From a virus: a DNA stretch of 64,000 bases. The notes under the pieces are model-generated. The model was not told where the DNA came from and made no database searches. It saw only the letters and a program-made list of their open reading frames with translations. Below, piece after piece: positions 47,249-55,869 of this stretch (its first letter is position 1; each line of letters begins with the position of its first letter). The stretch lies in the IMG/VR virus record IMGVR_UViG_3300037010_000365, positions 1 to 64,000 of that record. One strand, 5' to 3'. The translations under genes and the position numbers were made by a program.

Positions 47249-48692
47249 ATGACAACATTTACACAAGCGGTTGAATCAGCAAACAAGAAAGGTCACACAA
47301 AGACAGAAAATGGAATGAAGACCCGTAAATCTTCATTAAGTTCGGTTGTAGACTTTTTCTATGGAGTTGGTGGTAATCGAGCTAATCCAGAAAATTCATT
47401 GAAACTTTTTACAGCAGCATTACAAGAAGATGTTGATTTGGCAATTCGTGTGTTATTGTGGTCTCGCGATGTTCGTGCTGGTGCAGGGGAACGTAACCAA
47501 TTTCGAATCATGTTGCAATATTTGGCGATGAATGAATTCGATCTAGGTAAGCGGGTTTTAACAAAAATTCCTGAACTCGGGCGGTGGGATGACATTCTAA
47601 CTTTAATCGGAACACCATTAGAACATGAAGCATTGGAAATGATTTCTTCTGCTCTGAATGCTGGTAATGGATTGTGTGCTAAGCGGATGCCTAGAGAGAA
47701 GTCTGCTCATAAATCTACAGCATTGAAGATTATGAAGTATATGGATCTAAAACCAACTCAATATCGTAAATTATTGTCACAAAATACGGAAGTTGTTGAA
47801 CAATTAATGTGTGCTAACGAATGGCCGGTAATTAACTATTCTCATGTTCCATCTATAGCAGCTAAGATGTATTCTAAAGCATTTGCGAAACGAGATTCAT
47901 TACGATACGAAGAATACTTGACAAAGTTGATAAAGGGTGATACTGATGTCAAGATTAACGCTGGTGCGATTTTCCCCCACGATGTTATTTCTTCAATTTG
48001 GGATCATACGACTAAATCAGAAGAAATGCGAGTTCAGGCTCAGCGGGATGCGTTACCAAACTTTATGGAAGGTAAGGAATATACTATATTACCCCTGGTT
48101 GATGTTTCTGGTTCGATGGGATTCAACCTCAGTAAATCGAATACAACTGCGCTACAGGTTGCCGTGTCGCTTGGGCTGTATATTTCAACGAAAATCAGGG
48201 TGCCTTCAATGGTTTAATTTGTACATTTAGCACAGCTCCGAAGTTACATAAGATTTATTCTAACGGTATTAAGCAACAGTTGGAAGAAGTCAAACGTTTG
48301 GATTGGGGATGGAGACGAATATTGAAGCTGCATTTTCAGAAATACTGAAAGTTGCTACTAAAAATTCTGTACCACCATCAGAAATGCCAAACGTTATTTT
48401 GATTTTGTCTGATATGCAGTTCGATGAATGTATTAACAGCGGAGATTCGCTGAGCGCAAATTCAATGATTCGTGAAAAATACAAAGAAGCAGGATATGAA
48501 GTTCCAAATATTGTTTTCTGGAATCTGAAGACTTCTAACGGTGTACCTGTTAAGATGGGTACGAGCGGCACCGCTTTGGTGTTAGGGTTCAGTCCATCTA
48601 TTCTGAAATCGGTATTAACATCTATAGAAGATATGACACCAGTTGGTGTGATGATGAAGACTATTATGAAAGATTGTTATTCAATTGTTTGA
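47249..48692 (+). pseudogene. DUF2828-type TROVE/vWA-like protein with two frameshifts
   Basis: TENG, RDVRAGAGER, IPELGRWDD, INYSHVPS, DVSGSM (MIDAS), ILSDMQFD, IVFWNL, GFSP; frame breaks near 48191 and 48305. Confidence 0.75.
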
Positions 48693-48902
48693 AATAAAAT
48701 AATATAAAATAATCATTTACTTTTATCGGTCGAATGATTATAATGAACACGTTAAGGAAACTAACAGTAATAACATCCAACGTGTTATCTAGGTTGAGCC
48801 TTTATGAGTCGATTATATAAGTATTTGGTTAAATTGAAACTACTTCAAATCAACTAAGCACACTATATAAATATAGTTTTAATAAACTTTAGGATATGCT
48901 AA

Positions 48903-49348
48903 ATGAAAACAGTTAAAGAATACTGGTAAACAAGCTCAGAAACCCAACTCATAGAAGCGGTTGTTGTAAATGAGGGAACCCTTGGATCGTGTTTAATGAT
49001 GTTGCGAAATGACCAAAAGGTTGTTGACTATTGTGAAAGCATCGCACGACAGAAGTTTAATCCAAAGTTACTAGAATTTAATTTTATGACTAATGGTTAT
49101 GACCCACAACACCGCCCCCAATTCCATATACTCCTTCTGATACTAATTCAGTAACTCGGTATGATATGTTGATTGAGAGTGGAAATATTGGAACAGTAGA
49201 AGTCCATTATGGCGATACCACATTAATTGATAGAAAAGAATTAAGAAGAATTTTCACTTATTATGATGGTACGTTTCAATTCATATCGAAAGAATTGTCT
49301 ATGATAGGAAATATTGAAAAATACTTCTTTACATTTCTGATGTGTTAG
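48903..49348 (+). pseudogene. Decayed capsid-targeting-sequence gene
   Basis: MKTVKEYW*TSSETQLIE, apparent frameshift near 49120 into ORF 49166-49348; TATAAATA at 48866. Confidence 0.5.
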
Positions 49349-49390
49349 TTTATAATGAACTAAATGAGGTTAAGAATCTCAACATATAAA
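49266..49390 (+). repeat. Direct repeat family B copy 1 (gene tail + early promoter)
   Basis: ATGGTACGTTTCAATTCATATCG..CTTTACATTTCTGATGTGTTAGTTTATAATGAACTAAAT. Confidence 0.85.
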
Positions 49391-49425
49391 TATAATTTTA
49401 ACAATTAATGAAGAGCGCGGGTAGT

Positions 49426-50091
49426 ATGAAATCATTTAAAGAATTCTTGAAAGTTGATAGTGAACCACAGTTAACTAATTTAGTTGAAGGGTTTAACTAT
49501 AAAAATCCATTATTTCATCCTGATAATAGTTTATTAGGGAATGCTTGCTTTTACAGAGATAATTTCTATCTTATTATTGAAGCGAATAGAACTCCTGATG
49601 ACCTGTTATTTTGTATGGTGGATAGCGATAATAACTTTAAACCGTTTATATCACCGACAATTGAAAAAGCCAGAGACTCCGATAGTGTCGGTCCAATTGT
49701 ATCAGCAACAGGTGGTAGAACTATTGTAGCGTTTGATACAAACGGAATGGTTGGTGGAGTTATTGGGTCAATAGTTGAAAAATCCATTAACGGATATGGT
49801 GTGAAGGGATTTACCTTTGATGACATGATATATTCTAATCGCAACATGAAAGACGGCGATTTTAGATATACTTGGGATTCAATTGCATTTTCGATTGAAT
49901 CTTTTAAAGGAAAAGATGTTCTTTTGAAACAAAAAGAATTTACAGACTTTGAAGTGAATCTAATTAAAAAATTAGCGTTTGCCTCATCGAAAAAGGTGAA
50001 ATTTGGTAAAGTTAAATCAGATGAAATAGTTTATTTCTCAAAAAATAAACTAGAAGCAAGTCCAACACTATATTACGTACAGTTTTCGTAA
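49426..50091 (+). CDS. Putative internal head protein (capsid-targeting N-terminus)
   Basis: MKSFKEFLKVDSE from the ATG at 49426; TATAAATA at 49385. Confidence 0.55.
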   Translation: MKSFKEFLKVDSEPQLTNLVEGFNYKNPLFHPDNSLLGNACFYRDNFYLIIEANRTPDDLLFCMVDSDNNFKPFISPTIEKARDSDSVGPIVSATGGRTIVAFDTNGMVGGVIGSIVEKSINGYGVKGFTFDDMIYSNRNMKDGDFRYTWDSIAFSIESFKGKDVLLKQKEFTDFEVNLIKKLAFASSKKVKFGKVKSDEIVYFSKNKLEASPTLYYVQFS

Positions 50092-50100
50092 TATATATAT

Positions 50101-50261
50101 ATGGTACGTTTCAATTCATATCGAAAGAATTGTCTATGATAGGAAATATTGAAAAATACTTCTTTACTTTTCTGATGTGTTAGTTTATAATGAACTAAAT
50201 AAAGGTTGAGGATCTCAACTTCATATAAATTTTAGGTAATAACGTGACGTTGGTTCGAATC
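50101..50261 (+). repeat. Direct repeat family B copy 2
   Basis: Matches 49266-49390 and 50789-50899. Confidence 0.85.
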
Positions 50262-50281
50262 CGATATTACGATCCAAATTT

Positions 50282-50358
50282 GGTGATTTAGCTCAGTTGG
50301 TTAGAGCGTCGGATTCATAACCCGAAGGTCGATAGTTCAATTCTATCATTCACCACCA
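50282..50358 (+). tRNA. tRNA-Met (CAT)
   Basis: Cloverleaf, TCGGA-TTCATAA-CCCGA, GATAG-TTCAATT-CTATC, ACCA. Confidence 0.8.
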
Positions 50359-50459
50359 GACGTGTTGTCCGCTTGTAGAAATCTGATAATTTCTACACAG
50401 ACACCTTTCAGTCATGATTGAATGGCTACGTTGGTGATCTATACGTTAATCACTTTAAT

Positions 50460-50544
50460 GCGAGTGTAGGAAAATTGGTAACCCCAGTGGATTGTAAATC
50501 CGTCGCCCATGGCACTGTTAGTTCGACTCTAACCACTCGCACCA
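50460..50544 (+). tRNA. tRNA-Tyr (GTA)
   Basis: GCGAGTG/CACTCGC, GTGGA-TTGTAAA-TCCGT, long variable arm, ACCA. Confidence 0.85.
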
Positions 50545-50788
50545 CTTTGGAAATATAGTATTTGCCTTGACGTGGCGCCAAAGCTGAGTAGTTCTTTGAA
50601 CGAAACTAAATGATACTCTTTAGATCTTTAACAGTTAGATTGAAAAATCACGTTATGTAGTATTACGGTAGAGGCTGATATCCGATTAATAGAAGTTCAA
50701 TTCTTCTTGGAACGACAGAATTTAAGAGAACATATAATGTGAATGTTAATACGACAAAACTGTTCCCCTGTTTATTTTAGGAAAAAGT

Positions 50789-50899
50789 GAAAATACTTCT
50801 TTACTTTTCTGATGTGTTAGTTTATAATGAACTAAATAAAGGTTGAGGATCTCAACTTCATATAAATTTTAGGTAATAACGTGACGTTGGTTCGAATCC
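50789..50899 (+). repeat. Direct repeat family B copy 3 (promoter, GTTGAG/CTCAAC hairpin, orphan T arm)
   Basis: Essentially identical to 50152-50261. Confidence 0.85.
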
Positions 50900-50915
50900 A
50901 ACTCAGTCATTTATT

Positions 50916-50990
50916 TGGCAAGTAGCTCAGTGGTAGAGCAGTTGGCTGTTAACCAATTGGTCGCAGGTTCGAATCCTGCCTTGCCAGCCA
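50916..50990 (+). tRNA. tRNA-Asn (GTT)
   Basis: TGGCAAG/CTTGCCA, GTTGG-CTGTTAA-CCAAT, GCAGG-TTCGAAT-CCTGC, GCCA. Confidence 0.92.
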
Positions 50991-50995
50991 ATTAT

Positions 50996-51070
50996 GCACC
51001 TATCGTCTAGCGGTTGGGACTCATGGTTTTCATCCATGCAACAGCAGTTCGATTCTGCTTAGGTGTACCA
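50996..51070 (+). tRNA. tRNA-Glu (TTC)
   Basis: GCACCTA/TAGGTGT, CATGG-TTTTCAT-CCATG, ACCA. Confidence 0.88.
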
Positions 51071-51347
51071 AACATCGGTATCAGCTACCTACAGCTGCGA
51101 GACCTGACTTGAGACTCAGGGTAGGGAGTAGTCTCCGAATAGATTACCTGATTGTGGAACAGTTATCACCATACGCTGTAGTATGCAAGCGTTACCAAGT
51201 ATACCAAGAGACTGCTCTTGTTAATAAGAGTCTCATGTTAGATACATTGGTGATGCTTTGTAGTCTAACTTTCTCGAGAGATAGTGATATACCTTTTCGT
51301 GGTGCTCGAGATAAGTAGGAAATTTCCGAAACTAAATATCATTCAAA

Positions 51348-51421
51348 CGGTCTGTAGTATAGAGGTAATACCCTAGTTTTGGGAACTAGAATCGAATGTT
51401 CAATTCATTCCAGACCGACCA
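51348..51421 (+). tRNA. tRNA-Pro (TGG)
   Basis: CGGTCTG/CAGACCG, CTAGT-TTTGGGA-ACTAG, ACCA. Confidence 0.88.
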
Positions 51422-51431
51422 AATTTAATCA

Positions 51432-51510
51432 TGCAATGTTAGCTTTTGTAGTTGTTTGCTAAACAGTCGAGGTAACATCTACACTGGTTCGAATCCAGTA
51501 CATTTCGTCA
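51432..51510 (+). pseudogene. Degenerate tRNA-Ser (GCT)
   Basis: TGT-TTGCTAA-ACA loop, long variable region, ACTGG-TTCGAAT-CCAGT; damaged D arm and acceptor stem. Confidence 0.5.
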
Positions 51511-51607
51511 AATTACAGGACTTAGCTAAGTTAGCAGAGTACCTTGCTTTACGCTAATGAGGTAAACTCTCCTAGTTTCCACAAAATAAAGTGATAATCA
51601 TAATATT

Positions 51608-51630
51608 AAGGGAGCCGCAGCTCCCTTTTT
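51608..51630 (+). terminator. Intrinsic terminator ending the tRNA cluster
   Basis: AAGGGAGC-CGCA-GCTCCCTTTTT. Confidence 0.85.
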
Positions 51631-51651
51631 CATTTATTTTTCATAAAACGT

Positions 51652-51744
51652 TTTACTTTTATCACGACTTAGGTTATAATAATTACAAGTTGATGGAAAC
51701 CTAAAATTTTTAACTACTAATCCTGATGAGGAAACCAAAATGAA
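51652..51744 (+). repeat. Early promoter + leader + RBS cassette, family C copy 1
   Basis: TTTACTTT..TATAATAATTACAAGTTGATGGAAAC..AACTACTAATCCTGAT(G/A)AGGAAACCAAAATGAA; repeated at 53674. Confidence 0.85.
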
Positions 51745-52084
51745 TACATGTCTTGTAAAATCTGGCAGCTTGTGTGTATCAACTACAGCTATCATTGAAG
51801 TGAAAATGTCTCATATCCATGGTAAGAGTAAGTTCCATCGCGAAAATGCAGCAAAACATGGACCAAAGAAACTCCGCAGATCGTTTGTTAAGGATGAAGG
51901 TGATATTCCAACTGCGTGTACCTTATTAGTTAATGGCACTCAGCAAGTTTCTGGTTGGGTATCTCCTGAAGCAGTAGTCCTACCCGTCGTTAACACCCGT
52001 GGTATGGGGTATGCTCATCGTAATGCAAAGCGTTATCGTGTAGGCAAGTTATTAGCTAAAAAGTATTCTTGGGTGTTGATATGA
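51740..52084 (+). CDS. Hypothetical early protein (basic)
   Basis: Directly behind a family C promoter/RBS. Confidence 0.6.
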   Translation: MNTCLVKSGSLCVSTTAIIEVKMSHIHGKSKFHRENAAKHGPKKLRRSFVKDEGDIPTACTLLVNGTQQVSGWVSPEAVVLPVVNTRGMGYAHRNAKRYRVGKLLAKKYSWVLI

Positions 52085-52239
52085 TGTTGTTACAACTTTT
52101 CTCCACGGTTATCATGATATTTGCTGTTGCTGGAGCTTCGATTTGGTTGCTACAATCTGACATCGTGGCTATGCAAAATAACGCTAGTTCTAACGAACCT
52201 CTAATCGATATCCACCTTCGAGAGAATGTCTATAAATGA
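52081..52239 (+). CDS. Small membrane protein (52 aa, not in the ORF track)
   Basis: MMLLQLFSTVIMIFAVAGASIWLLQ..; ATGA overlaps with both neighbours. Confidence 0.5.
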   Translation: MMLLQLFSTVIMIFAVAGASIWLLQSDIVAMQNNASSNEPLIDIHLRENVYK

Positions 52240-53030
52240 AAACAGCAATCATATATGATAGCGCATACGACGTAGAATCACAGCGCGAGGTTTATCTAAT
52301 CGAAAATCTTGATGACTTAATTGAGTACCAAACATATATTCAAGCGGAAGGAGCTCATGCTGCTAATAAAATGTTGAAAGACATTGCAGACGGATATCCG
52401 ACAAGTAGACTAATTCATTACTGCTATGGGCTAGACTTAATCGATTCGCTAGTCGTCTTAGCAGTTAGTATGGGTAGGAATCCTTTTTGGTCGATTGGTG
52501 AAGAAATTAATGGTATGCTCAAAATATTCTATGATCATGTTGTTAATGAAAATCAGACAATCATCCTAAACAAGAATTTATCTTGGAGAATATTCTGTGT
52601 TGGTGAAGATGAGATTGTAGAAAAATACGATTCACTACTCGGAGAAAAACTCGAGATTGTTGATGGCTGTAGTAATGTTATTCAATTAGAGAATGATTCA
52701 GAGTTAGATGTTGGCTGGATTGACGCATTCTCAGCTAGACATAATTGTTTATACCCAACCGTTATACCAAAGTTACGATCTTGGAGCCATTCGGAATTAT
52801 TGTCAACATTAACTAATTGGGTGAAATCAACGCCAGAAGAAAAGATTCTTTGCCAATATACTACTGGGACAGACGTACCGCAAATGCACCAATATCTTGA
52901 AATTTGTATAAAAGCTGGTATTAAGAAGGCGGAGTTCATGTTCGGCGCAGGTTATAGTTCAGAGTTACGAATTTTCATAGATTCTTATCATGTAAACGAT
53001 AAAATTAAAGTCACTTGCATCAACTCATAG
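52236..53030 (+). CDS. Hypothetical protein
   Basis: 264 aa ORF, translationally coupled to the upstream gene. Confidence 0.65.
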   Translation: MKTAIIYDSAYDVESQREVYLIENLDDLIEYQTYIQAEGAHAANKMLKDIADGYPTSRLIHYCYGLDLIDSLVVLAVSMGRNPFWSIGEEINGMLKIFYDHVVNENQTIILNKNLSWRIFCVGEDEIVEKYDSLLGEKLEIVDGCSNVIQLENDSELDVGWIDAFSARHNCLYPTVIPKLRSWSHSELLSTLTNWVKSTPEEKILCQYTTGTDVPQMHQYLEICIKAGIKKAEFMFGAGYSSELRIFIDSYHVNDKIKVTCINS

Positions 53031-53247
53031 CATATTGGAGATTAACAATGTATAAATTAGACAACTCAATGATAAGCATATCGTCCGACACTGGTAGATT
53101 CATGAACTTTAACATTTCTAGAAAACAGAGTGATGACCTAGAACAGTACGACCAATGGTGAAACCTGGACATTAGAAGAAGCCAAGCAAGCCGAAGCTGG
53201 GATTCTTTTGGTTGTTAATAAAATCTTAAACACAGGACAGTGATATT

Positions 53248-53646
53248 ATGAACGTTGGTTATATGAAAGAACAGAATCCGAATGACATTGATGTCATTCT
53301 CGCTAGACTGAAATGTATCAGCATCGGGGTTCAATTTAGTTTGTGCAATGGTACTGGTGAAATTAAACGAAGTGAAATTAATCGTGAGCTTGCAGAGATA
53401 GACGAATTAGTTTCAGACGTTGAGAAAATGAGGGATGAAGAAATTAACCAAACATACAACATCGATCAAGAAAGAATTGATTCTTGTTCTTACTTACCAG
53501 TTGCATACCAAAGTAGAATGCGGATGGATGAAGATGGCTATGTTTTCGGTGACTGGTATGATGTCAGCAAGGGAACGCACGAAGATCACCTACGAGTTCC
53601 GATCAATTCTGGTTGGGAATATGAAACTCGCGCTCTATATACATAA
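53248..53646 (+). CDS. Hypothetical protein
   Basis: 132 aa ORF; PVAYQ..W..YETRALY tail seen in phage early proteins. Confidence 0.55.
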   Translation: MNVGYMKEQNPNDIDVILARLKCISIGVQFSLCNGTGEIKRSEINRELAEIDELVSDVEKMRDEEINQTYNIDQERIDSCSYLPVAYQSRMRMDEDGYVFGDWYDVSKGTHEDHLRVPINSGWEYETRALYT

Positions 53647-53673
53647 AGCAAGTAAAATATTTTCATAAATCCA

Positions 53674-53764
53674 TTTACTTTTCTCCTGACTTTAGTTATA
53701 ATAATTACAAGTTGATGGAAACATTAAATTTAACTACTAATCCTGATAAGGAAACCAAAATGAA
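53674..53764 (+). repeat. Early promoter + leader + RBS cassette, family C copy 2
   Basis: Matches 51652-51744. Confidence 0.85.
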
Positions 53765-54287
53765 AATCGAAAATCCTATCATCGCAGCCTTAAACGCTAA
53801 TCTTGAATCGGTGTTGCATGTTGTGGATACCAACTACAGATCTTATCTACAAACGATTATATATCGTGTTGCTGAGTGCACTGGTAATATCGATAAAGCG
53901 TTTCCATCTCCTTCAGCAAATTTAAGTCATAATGAATATCACGCTAAATCTGTTCTGCGTCATTTAGCTAGAGAAATTCACATTTTACCTCCAGTTTATC
54001 TGTCAGACTTACATTTACTTTCTGAGGGAGTTGATCAAAATGGGGTAGACTTCTTGGTTAAACGTCATCAGAAAGATACGATAGAAAGATACGAACAATA
54101 TGTCAATAAATTGATCAATAAAGTTGGCGATTGTGACTCTGTTACTGTCGCTGGTGACCTATGGAACTATAGTATTTTAACTATCACCAATGGCGCTGTT
54201 GTAGAACGTTGGAAAACTTCCATGATTCTAAATGTTAGTAAAAATGGTAAAGTCTTCAACCAATTCCCAACTCGTAAGATTATGTGA
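53760..54287 (+). CDS. Hypothetical early protein
   Basis: Start reassigned to ATG 53760 from the cassette RBS; ends NVSKNGKVFNQFPTRK. Confidence 0.65.
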   Translation: MKIENPIIAALNANLESVLHVVDTNYRSYLQTIIYRVAECTGNIDKAFPSPSANLSHNEYHAKSVLRHLAREIHILPPVYLSDLHLLSEGVDQNGVDFLVKRHQKDTIERYEQYVNKLINKVGDCDSVTVAGDLWNYSILTITNGAVVERWKTSMILNVSKNGKVFNQFPTRKIM

Positions 54288-54297
54288 GAGCGAGTTT

Positions 54298-54570
54298 ATG
54301 AGCACCGATGGGTTACACCGTAGAATGATGGACACACTTTCAGATTATGTGGAAACTCTACAACATATAGGAAAGTCTTCTGGTTATACCGAGTACTATT
54401 ACACGATTGACTCTAGATATATGTCGAAATATACTTGGTTGTGTTTTATCGTGTATGCCCCAAATATTCAAATAGCGACGCACATAGCAAGTCGACGGTT
54501 CTTAGAGTTAATATCATACGGAGAAAGGAGTCTTAGAAAAATTCAATTAGTTGATACTTTGTGTAAATAA
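54298..54570 (+). CDS. Hypothetical protein
   Basis: C-terminal part of ORF 54232-54570; start uncertain. Confidence 0.4.
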   Translation: MSTDGLHRRMMDTLSDYVETLQHIGKSSGYTEYYYTIDSRYMSKYTWLCFIVYAPNIQIATHIASRRFLELISYGERSLRKIQLVDTLCK

Positions 54571-54687
54571 TTTATCAAACTCATTTACTTTTTAGATAAC
54601 TTAGATTATAATAATTATAAATTGATCCTAACAAAATTTGTTGTAATACTTACATTTAGGAACATTTTATTAGTGCTACCAAATAAC

Positions 54688-54765
54688 GCATCAGTGGCGG
54701 AGAGGTCCATCGCACCGGATTGCAAATCCGAACAACCGCCAGTTCGAATCTGGCCTGATGCTCCA
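54688..54765 (+). tRNA. tRNA-Cys (GCA)
   Basis: GCATCAG/CTGATGC, CCGGA-TTGCAAA-TCCGA, GCCAG-TTCGAAT-CTGGC, U73 discriminator, CCA. Confidence 0.88.
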
Positions 54766-54778
54766 AATTAGGATTTAT

Positions 54779-55033
54779 ATGAATTTTGATATAAATAAAC
54801 ATGTTCAAGAAGCTAGAACCCGATATTATGACATGATGATTTTGTTTCAGAATAAAGAATACAAATTAATAAAATCTAAATGCAAACAAATCGCAAGCTT
54901 ACATGGTATTGATTTTGCCGACGAAACTATTTTAGATGAATACAAAAGTAGAATTAGTCATGAATATACTATTAAAGATTTAAGTTTCAATCAACGTAGC
55001 ATTATCGGACCATTAATTAAACCATTAGTATAG
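54779..55033 (+). CDS. Hypothetical protein
   Basis: ATG after AGGA, clear of the tRNA-Cys end. Confidence 0.5.
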   Translation: MNFDINKHVQEARTRYYDMMILFQNKEYKLIKSKCKQIASLHGIDFADETILDEYKSRISHEYTIKDLSFNQRSIIGPLIKPLV

Positions 55034-55263
55034 AAACCTGCGATATTTTGGATTATCAGTTCAATCGCTACAAGGATCATTTAGCATGGTCGATATTTCA
55101 GCTATGGACACGATGGCTGTCTTAGACTACTCTATATCAATTTTGTTTTGATGGTTGCAATCTCAATCCACAAATGCCGTATCTTCCAAACAGCTTCAAA
55201 AATACATGTTTACTTTCATAATAATCTAGTGTATAATAATTCTATCTTAAATGGAGTTATTAT

Positions 55264-55503
55264 ATGATTGTCTATCACGTAACGTGCTTAAGCAAATTAA
55301 ACAAATATCTTGAATCAGGTCATATTCGACCTCCAGTACGCGCTTGGGAAAACATTGAACAAGCTAAAAGAATGAGTTTGTCTACAGGACGTAGAATCAT
55401 CCTTAGACTTAAGTTCCCAGATAATGCCGATAAGTTAGAAGGGCATTTTAATCAAGCACTGGTGTTACAAACACCATATAAAATGGAACCAGGTCATTAC
55501 TAA
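55264..55503 (+). CDS. Hypothetical early protein
   Basis: Early promoter at about 55210-55238; GGAG RBS. Confidence 0.6.
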   Translation: MIVYHVTCLSKLNKYLESGHIRPPVRAWENIEQAKRMSLSTGRRIILRLKFPDNADKLEGHFNQALVLQTPYKMEPGHY

Positions 55504-55630
55504 TATAGCTGGAGTATTTGAAGCTATTTTAGACCGTGCAGTCAAGTACAAAGTACCAGAAGTAGACGTGTCTAAAGTTCTATTGATTTTAATCGATATG
55601 ACTATTATCAGGATTATCATTACTAAATAA

Positions 55631-55710
55631 CCAGCAATCCCGGCTTAATCCAATCAAATTAGATAATAGAATCTATATCTTTTCTTTTTTGGTTAAGCCA
55701 GAGTGCTAGA
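55631..55710 (-). repeat. Dispersed ~75-nt element, copy 3 (inverted)
   Basis: Reverse complement contains GGCTTAACC-AAAAAAGAAAAGATATAGATT-..GGATTAAGCC. Confidence 0.75.
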
Positions 55711-55869
55711 AATGAATTAAAATGTTGTTTATAATATTTCAATAATGTGATATTATGATTATTAGAAGTTAAATCTTCTACATCGCAGTGATTTTACTGC
55801 TTAACCTTGTCCTAATCTCAGCATTAACCTGCCGAGCCAATGACAAAAAACTGAAATAAGGGAGACTAT

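Noticed and set aside
40394-49348. Stop-codon reassignment explaining in-frame TAA codons
   Set aside because: TAA is the normal stop of most core genes here, TAG and TGA also end genes, and no suppressor tRNA was seen.
50549-50720. tmRNA or an additional intact tRNA
   Set aside because: Only a T-arm-like hairpin (AGAAG-TTCAATT-CTTCT) is visible; no tag reading frame or complete cloverleaf.
51109-51318. 69-aa ORF between tRNAs
   Set aside because: TTG start without an RBS inside a hairpin-rich tRNA spacer; an RNA-level function is more plausible.
44423-53764. CRISPR array
   Set aside because: The repeats are about 100 nt, contain promoters and are separated by whole genes; there is no regular repeat-spacer period and no cas gene.
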